A stretch of 57,396 bases of DNA, the filler included, from Sphacelaria rigidula (taxonomy: Eukaryota), in the NCBI GenBank assembly GCA_964200075.2. It is 8 parts of 8 records of this genome, joined end to end, with 100 filler letters (N's around TTAATTAATTAA, not from the genome) between each part and the next. Parts side by side here need not be neighbours in the genome. Positions count along the whole stretch, not along the records: positions 50,311 to 57,396 come from CAXNAA020016558.1; 7 more parts are not named here. One strand, written 5' to 3'. Both the position numbers and the translations under genes were made by a program. The number at the start of each line of letters is the position of its first letter. The first letter of the stretch is position 1. This document shows, piece after piece, positions 50,757 to 57,396 of this stretch. The notes beneath the pieces were generated by a model. It saw nothing but the letters and a program-made list of their open reading frames with translations, was not told the origin of the DNA and searched no databases.

Positions 50757-51245
50757 GAGTCTCGCGGTATTCTTGGAGCTCGTGAAGCGAGGATCGGGTC
50801 TGTCGTGGCAGGCCTATTTCTTCCATCAAGGAATAATTGGAATGGGTCCACTGGGTGAGGTGCTGCGAATGCAACAGGTACCGCGCAGTGCATTCAATAC
50901 TCCGCACGAAAGAGATGCTGCAGGTGTATGATCCTCGAGGAGCGGGCTCCGTTTCTACCGTCTTCTTCACCGTTCGTCGACCTACGCTGGCAAGCTACTT
51001 GCAAGCATACGTCGGCAAACCGTGGAGAAAAGTGTGAAAACGGAGCCCACTTCTCGAGGACCACAGACCGACCGCATCTCTTCCATGTAGATTTCTTCTT
51101 GCATCACGCGGTACTTGCCGCATTCGTAGCACGTGGCCCCGTGAACCTGATCCGGTTGTTTCTTGATGGAAGAAATAGGCTTGCCACGACAGGACCGATC
51201 CTTGCGGACTCACTTCACGAGCTGCAAGAGTGCCGCGAGACGCCA
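50757..51245 (+). repeat. ~490-nt imperfect hairpin centred at ~50996
   Basis: GCAAG-CTA-CTTGC centre; GTCGTGGCAGGCCTATTTCTTCCATCAAGGAA pairs with TTTCTTGATGGAAGAAATAGGCTTGCCACGAC with only G-U wobbles. Confidence 0.92.
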
Positions 51246-53509
51246 TTCAGCCACCGTGCGGTCGACTCAGAATTGACAATTCACCAACAAAAAAGATCTA
51301 TCCGATTGAAGAAGGATCTATCCGATTGGTGGGGCCTTCGCCAATCTAGTACCCTTCCCTCCCTTCTCAGACCGACGCGATAGGCTCAAGGAGCCAACTC
51401 GCCTCTCTTTCGACCGCTGCCTGGCCTTGTTCGATCGAGCTTTGAATCAACCCTCCCGTAGTCTTATCCCATTAGTATTTTGCTACTCATATCCGTATGC
51501 TGTCGAAGACGCAAGCTACATCCTATGTAGAACGTCCATGCTTGTCGGGATCCGAACCCGTAACATACGTCCAGACTGGGCAGTATAGCTAAACTGGCCG
51601 TTGGTGTTTGTTGTAGCAGCTGTCGGCGAAGTTCCGGGCCAGGCGATACCTTGGGAATGGATGGCTGTTTTCGGCGCCAAGATTTGCAAGATGATGAAAA
51701 ACTGGGCTAATACGGCCCTCTGGTTCATCACGGAAGTGATCTCGCTCGATCGGCGAGCTATTTTAGTGACGGTGGCGATGATGGTTACCGACAACATGCG
51801 GAAGACATGGGTACCACCTCCTTTCTTCCCGGCCTTAGTCTCCCTTCTCCTTTTTCCCACCCCCTAGCCAGTACAATGGTCACACGACTAAGGCAAGCAA
51901 CAAATGAGTACGCCCCCCCCCCCCCTAGCCAGTACGTGTCTTTTGGGGGGAGGGAATGAGTCGATTTCACCGTGGTGATAGAGAACTTGTCATTATACCT
52001 TTATACCTCGAGTGTGCTGTGCTATCGTGACGGTAATATATTACATGTTGGGTTACGGATGTCTCTCGCCATGTGCTTTGACCAGAAACCGCATCCCTCG
52101 TACTTCGAAGATGCATCATTGGGGAGGGATACAATACTTTTTCTTCCGCCGACGGGGATCTTGTTCGGTAGCCTCGTCGGCGACAGTTCAAGCGTCATGT
52201 TGAGGCCTCCAGCTTTCGCAAGGGCTAGGTAACTTTCCCTTTGCATGCTGCCATAAAATATGCGACAGGATTACAATGGGCTGTGTGAACTAAGCGGGGG
52301 TGCGTCTCTGAAGAATCAAGTGTGATGTGCCCATTCAAGGTTCGACCGAACAGCGGAACGTACAACCGCTAAAGCGTTGTGAAGTGTGATACTCTCCATC
52401 GGCGGATGAATGAACCACAGAAACGTTCGACAAGAGCGTGAACTAGATGGTGTATTCGTGAATTCCCAATGGTCATTTGTACGGGTGCTGCGTTTTGATG
52501 TATACGGTAGCAACAGTAAGTCCGTCTCATGGGACCACAGCAAAAAGGTATGCGCATCGTTTTGTGTCGACTGGAGTTGATTAACCGAACGCGTTTGACA
52601 GTCACAGAAATCAGCGGCAAATACGCTGGGTATGTGGTGGCAAGTGATTAGCTATTTATTTCCAGCAGGGAGGTGTCCCCATGACCAGCCATAACACTGC
52701 GGAGTGCGTGACATAACGGGGCTTGTCCGTGTTACGCAGCTCTCGCTTGGAAGCCATCCATGTTCGATTATTGAATTTTCATACTCCTCCCGTGAGGCAT
52801 CTTGCTTCCAAGAAGACATATCCGCTGTACCCATACAAGGACATTTAGATCTAAACAAGTTCTACCGGGGCCCGACCGCTTTTCGCTGCAACCTTCACCA
52901 ACCTTTCGAGCCTTCGCAGACGCTGGTAGCTTGGCCGATGGTCCGTCGCCACCTGAATCCTCCCCGGAAAGCTCCCTCAGAACCTTCGCAGCCACCTCCA
53001 TGCCCTCCAGCCGCTCTTCGCGATCCAGCGCCTCGTAACCAGCCCCCTGCCACTACCATCAACATCACTACTCCCACCAGCTTCACCATGTTCAATACCT
53101 GTCCTGCCGTCGCCTTTCCGTGCGCCACTGGCCCTGCCAAGCAGAGACGGCCTCACCGCAAGCGCGGCTGGCGCCCTAGCTTCGTGACTGTCCCGATGAC
53201 CTTGACAGCGCGTTTTCGTGTTGTGATTCGCGGAGCATCTCTGCAAGGGATTCCACTGCGCCACCCCGTACCCCTCCCACCAACGCGGGCGGTTACGCCG
53301 CCGCTCCGGCCGCCATCGCTACCCGTGCCCCCGACCCGGCTGTCGCGGGAATCGCTCAAGGTGGTACCTGAAAAAGTCGGGACGCGCGTCATCCTGAGCG
53401 CCGTCATCAATGTGGTGACCGTCGTCAGTATCAGCACATCATACGTACGACAGCGATGCTTGTTCAGTAGGATTCTGAAAGAATGACACGAGCCACCACT
53501 ACTGCCTGT

Positions 53510-54234
53510 TGCTGTGTCCATCAATACCGGCCGGACCTAACCACCGCCCCAAAGAGCCTCCTCCGTTGACACGAACGCCTCTTGCCGCCGGTGGTGCAAA
53601 GGTGGGGCTTCTGCTCCTGAAGCTTGAGCTATACTCTTGCAGCCGGGCTGGGCCAACGGTGGTGAGTGTCCAAACAGGTCATTCTTCGTAAAGGTTGTAC
53701 AACTTTGTGCCATCATGGAAGGACACGCACGCCGGGTCCCACGTGTTTCTCGGGCGAACCCAGGCCCCGGCCTCGTGTGTTCTTTCATCAGAGCAAGGAG
53801 TGTATGGGCCAGATAGTCGTTGCTTGGGATTGCAGAGCACTGATCTAGGGGGTTCAATTTCCAATTTCCCCGGAAGGCATTTGCGCTTTTTCCCCCGCCG
53901 AAAGTGCTCTACAACCCAAGGCAACGACTACTGGCTCATACATCCCTTGCTCTGATGAAAGACCGCGCGAGGCCTGGACCTGTGTTTACATAAACAAAAC
54001 TTCTGAGACACGGCGTTCGCGTCCTACATAATCGCGCAAAGGCACACGACCTTGCGGAGGATGCACTGTTTGGACACTCACCACTGTTGGCCCGGCATGG
54101 CCGCAACCGTATAGCTCAGGCGTCAGCAGCAGAAGCTCCACCTTCGTGTCATCGGGTGCAACAGGCGTTCGTGTCGACGGCGAAGGCTCTTCGGGGCAAG
54201 GGTGAAGGTCCAGGCGGTATTGGTGGACACGGCA
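53510..54234 (+). repeat. ~720-nt imperfect hairpin (arms 53510-53841 and 53903-54234, weaker pairing out to ~53462/54281)
   Basis: For example GGGCCAACGGTGGTGAGTGTCCAAACAG/CTGTTTGGACACTCACCACTGTTGGCCC and TCTTTCATCAGAGCAAGG/CCTTGCTCTGATGAAAGA. Confidence 0.95.
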
Positions 54235-55560
54235 GGGAGCGGTGATTGCTCGTGCCGCTCATCGGAACTCCGCCATTGAACCTGTGCAAGCCAAGGTCGA
54301 CGCCCGGGATATTGGGCGTTGACTACGGGATATCTTGCAATAACGTTTCAAACGAGCGCGCTATGCTCGCTTTTTGTCGAGCCTCGTCACAAGAAGTTCT
54401 GCCTGGCGTGGATCACAGCATTTGGAGGGCACATCACCCAGCCCTCACAAATGCTAAAGGTCCCGTTATAACGTATGAACTGTCACCGACTGGGACTCTC
54501 GAAAACTTCATTCATTGGGGAATGAACACTATCATAGATACATCCCCTCCCTGGAGTGCGTAACATATGGAGAACGGAGCAAACCGCAGGCGGAACCCAT
54601 ACCCCCTGAATACGTCACAGGTACCGTTTTCGTGAAAAAATACCTTCAAGGCATGCGATGAGTGATGCTGTCTGTATCGCCCCGCGTAAAATCGATGCAA
54701 TCCCCTCTTCAGAAATTCACTCACTGGCTGGGGAACGAGGGGGTGGTGCCTACCGCTTTCGCAAGTTGTGGACGATCGTAGCCGCCGACGCCAATGTTCC
54801 GATGAAGCGACCCCACTGCCATGAAGAAGCAGACGGTGGTGATAATCCAAAAGATCATATTTTTCGCAAAACTAGTGGAAACGCGTAGACGGTAATAATC
54901 CGAACGATCATTTTCTCCGGAAGGCTAGTGGAAACGATAGTAATCCATTTCCAAGGTGCTGCGCCGAAACTTCATCAGTCACTGTCACAGCGGAAGGTAC
55001 ATTCGTGTTCGCTTAAACTTCGACCTAGCCCCCAGAAGCAAGGGTGTCACTGTCTAACCGCACCAACTACCCGAACTAGGACAAACGCGATTCTCAATAC
55101 TTGTTTTCATGTCGAAGGAGGGATATCTTCTGATAGCTTTTCTCGAAGTCGTGATATTTGTGATATCCTTCACGCATTTTTCAGAAATGCTCTCGATGCG
55201 ATGAATTATTAAGTCGCTGTGGTCAGAATCGGCCTGACTAATCGTACAAAATGGTTTCTGTTCGCTCGTCTTTCAGGGCTCGTTATTGCTTTACGGGCAT
55301 CGCCAGGCAGTTTTCGCGACAAAAGTCTCATACTTCCCTTTCTCGCTTCAACAGTGCACTTAGTAGCTTATTGTTTCCCACGTCCTGTGTAGCGATGATG
55401 ACTCCACAGAGGTGAAGAAGAGGGGTGGGGAATGACCAGTGATCCTTACCCGCTGCAAAATCTGGAAAACGCAGGAGACAACTCGGTAGGCGACGACCCT
55501 CACCTCTAGGGCAGCATCAGTGGATTTGTACTGGTTAGTCCTACGAAGCTACTTCACTGC

Positions 55561-55988
55561 TTTGAGGTATCCTGCAATATACAAATGTCAAATCCCACGC
55601 CATCCCGGGGCGAAATCCAGAGCGGGGTGTGATGTCCCTTCTTCGTCAGAGGAAAAAACATTTGGGCAAGCGGTCCTTGACTTCGGTAGTAGAGTGCTAT
55701 TGTCGGGGGAAGAGGCGCAAGCCGATTCCGGGAAAATTCTGGTGGCACCCACTAGCTGCGATGTGTGGGGTCTTAGGACCCAACATGTCGCAGCTAGCAA
55801 ATCTCACCGTCATTTCCCCTGAAGCAAATTTGCGCCTCTTCCCCCGACAACATCGCACTACAACCCAAAGCAACGACCACTGGTCCACATCCTCCATGCT
55901 CTGATCAAAGAAGAACAACACACCATGATCTGGGTTTGTCTCAGAAACACGCGGGACGCCAACTACGCGTCTTGCAGGATCCCTCAGA
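55561..55988 (+). repeat. ~430-nt imperfect hairpin, homologous to the core of 53510-54234
   Basis: Perfect 21-bp duplex 55700-55720/55830-55850; CTAGCTGCGA/TCGCAGCTAG near the loop; right arm shares ACAACCCAAxGCAACGACxACTGG...TGCTCTGAT with ~53910-53956. Confidence 0.92.
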
Positions 55989-56452
55989 CCTACACTAAAT
56001 CCACGAAGAACGGACTGCTCGACCATAAGTACCGCCGCCACCAACATTTTCGTGAGATTGAGAGTGGGGCGTTGATTGAGAGTGGGTTTTCTCATTTACT
56101 TTGACTCAACCAGTTTTTCGTTCTGTGTGTGCCTTTCTTTGCTTGTAACACTGGCGTGTGCTTACATCTACACGTCTATATGCTACTCAGGGATATGAAG
56201 GGCTTCAGTGACAAGCTACTACAGGAAGCGTATCGGGCCTCGTGGCGGGTCATTTCGGAGCTGAAAGGGTATATTCATCAATTGACCGTTTTTCACTCTC
56301 AATCGTATAATCTACTCCCAATCTCACCAGAACACTTTTCACCCGCGGTTCACAGAACCGTGCAAACCCCACACAACTCATTCCAAGGTACCACCGGAAC
56401 CCTGCAGCATAGAGCGCGAGTTGAGTACAGGGATAGATACACTGCAGTAGTT

Positions 56453-56540
56453 ACCGGGGAGAGATGAGATGATCCTTCGAGACCACGGACTCGTCCCGAG
56501 GAAGGCAGGGGTTCAGAGTGCGACACACACACAAAAAAGT
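56453..56540 (+). mobile_element. 3' fragment of SINE family B
   Basis: GATCCTTCGAGACCACGGACTCGTCCCGAGGAAGGCAGGGGTTCAGAGTGCGAC matches the family-B tail. Confidence 0.7.
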
Positions 56541-56790
56541 AGTTGGGTATGACGTGTTTATTTTTTGTTGGCGAAAACTTGAGCATCTCATTCCATCGTA
56601 GGGGTCGGCGACGGAACTCGGTGGTAGGGTGGACGACCGACTTGCGTACACGCTCATGGACTGTGCAGGCAGTACAAAGCTGCGCGTTGTTCAAGTCCTT
56701 TTCACGTCAGATCGTAAGCAGAGAGTACAGATGAGTCCTGTGCTGTCTGTACAGCACGTCGCCCGCTTCTCTTTCACATCCCACTGTACG

Positions 56791-56792
<2 letters not shown>

Positions 56793-56856
<64 letters not shown>
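56793..56856. repeat. (CA)n microsatellite
   Basis: Direct reading. Confidence 0.97.
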
Positions 56857-56858
<2 letters not shown>

Positions 56859-57117
56859 TCGCTCGCACTGTCTGTTAGCCACGCGTGTATCGCAGCTGAC
56901 GGCATGTAGCAGCCCTCCCGCAACCCTAACTTGCACGCATGCAAATAGTAGCGATACGTAGCACATACCGCGTACTCTGCAGTACGGCACCGCGCGTTCG
57001 TGCAAGGTATGGTACGAGTATGGTAAGGTCCAGTACAGCACCATACCGTGCTATTGATTCGTATGTATTCCTAGCAAAGTACAAACCGCGAACAAAACTG
57101 TTCGATGAGGTCTCTTG

Positions 57118-57396
57118 AATCGGGTGGAAATGCTCAAGTTCCTTGAGCATAACGAGATAAAGACGCTGAACGATAGAGTACCAAAGCCAGAGGCGCAATG
57201 GACATGGATGAGGCAATGCAAAGGAAAGGTATAATGCTCCGTTCTTGACTATGTTGCGATAGGGCATGGAAATAGTGAAGAAATGGAAGTACATGTATGC
57301 GCGGAGGACGTGGGAACCACAGATCACTGCCTTATATGGACGGAAAGTCAACAGACGAGAGCTAAAAGAAATAGCCGGGGTAGGAAGCTGTACAAA
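57118..57396 (+). mobile_element. Non-LTR retrotransposon (LINE) AP-endonuclease fragment, one in-frame stop, runs off the window
   Basis: Manual translation NRVEMLKFLEHNEIKTLNDRVPKPEAQWTWMRQCKGKV*CSVLDYVAIG...EDVGTTDHCLIWTE carries the EEP/APE motifs LN...WT...SxLDY...[ST]DH; absent from the ORF track. Confidence 0.8.

Noticed and set aside
1-57396. CRISPR array, rRNA, prokaryotic operon or integrated phaeovirus genes
   Set aside because: No regularly spaced repeat-spacer units, rRNA motifs, or dense intronless viral-type ORFs were seen.

Overview
Eukaryotic DNA, almost certainly from a brown alga (Phaeophyceae): the window holds a spliced mannuronan C-5-epimerase and many tRNA-derived SINEs. 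It is NOT one locus. It is eight contigs of 7088, 6 x 7087 and 7086 bp, sorted by length and joined with an N44-TTAATTAATTAA-N44 linker, so adjacency across linkers means nothing. Two host genes are supportable: a kinesin with at least 5 exons on + (8437-13419, probably continuing off-contig) and the last three exons of a mannuronan C-5-epimerase on - (26132-22757), which the ORF track largely misses. Mobile DNA includes a truncated XPG/FEN1-like nuclease plus Cys8 zinc-finger ORF matching AcademX DNA-transposon architecture (about 7045-5470, -), a LINE AP-endonuclease fragment (57118-57396), SINEs and MITE/foldback elements. The most unusual signals are (i) three long imperfect hairpins in the last contig whose mismatches are mostly G-U compatible on the + strand, candidate hairpin-RNA or miRNA loci, (ii) a ~95% identical 300-bp-arm palindrome at the start of a putative LTR element inside the epimerase intron, and (iii) the AcademX-like element in a stramenopile. 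All alignments and counts were made by eye.
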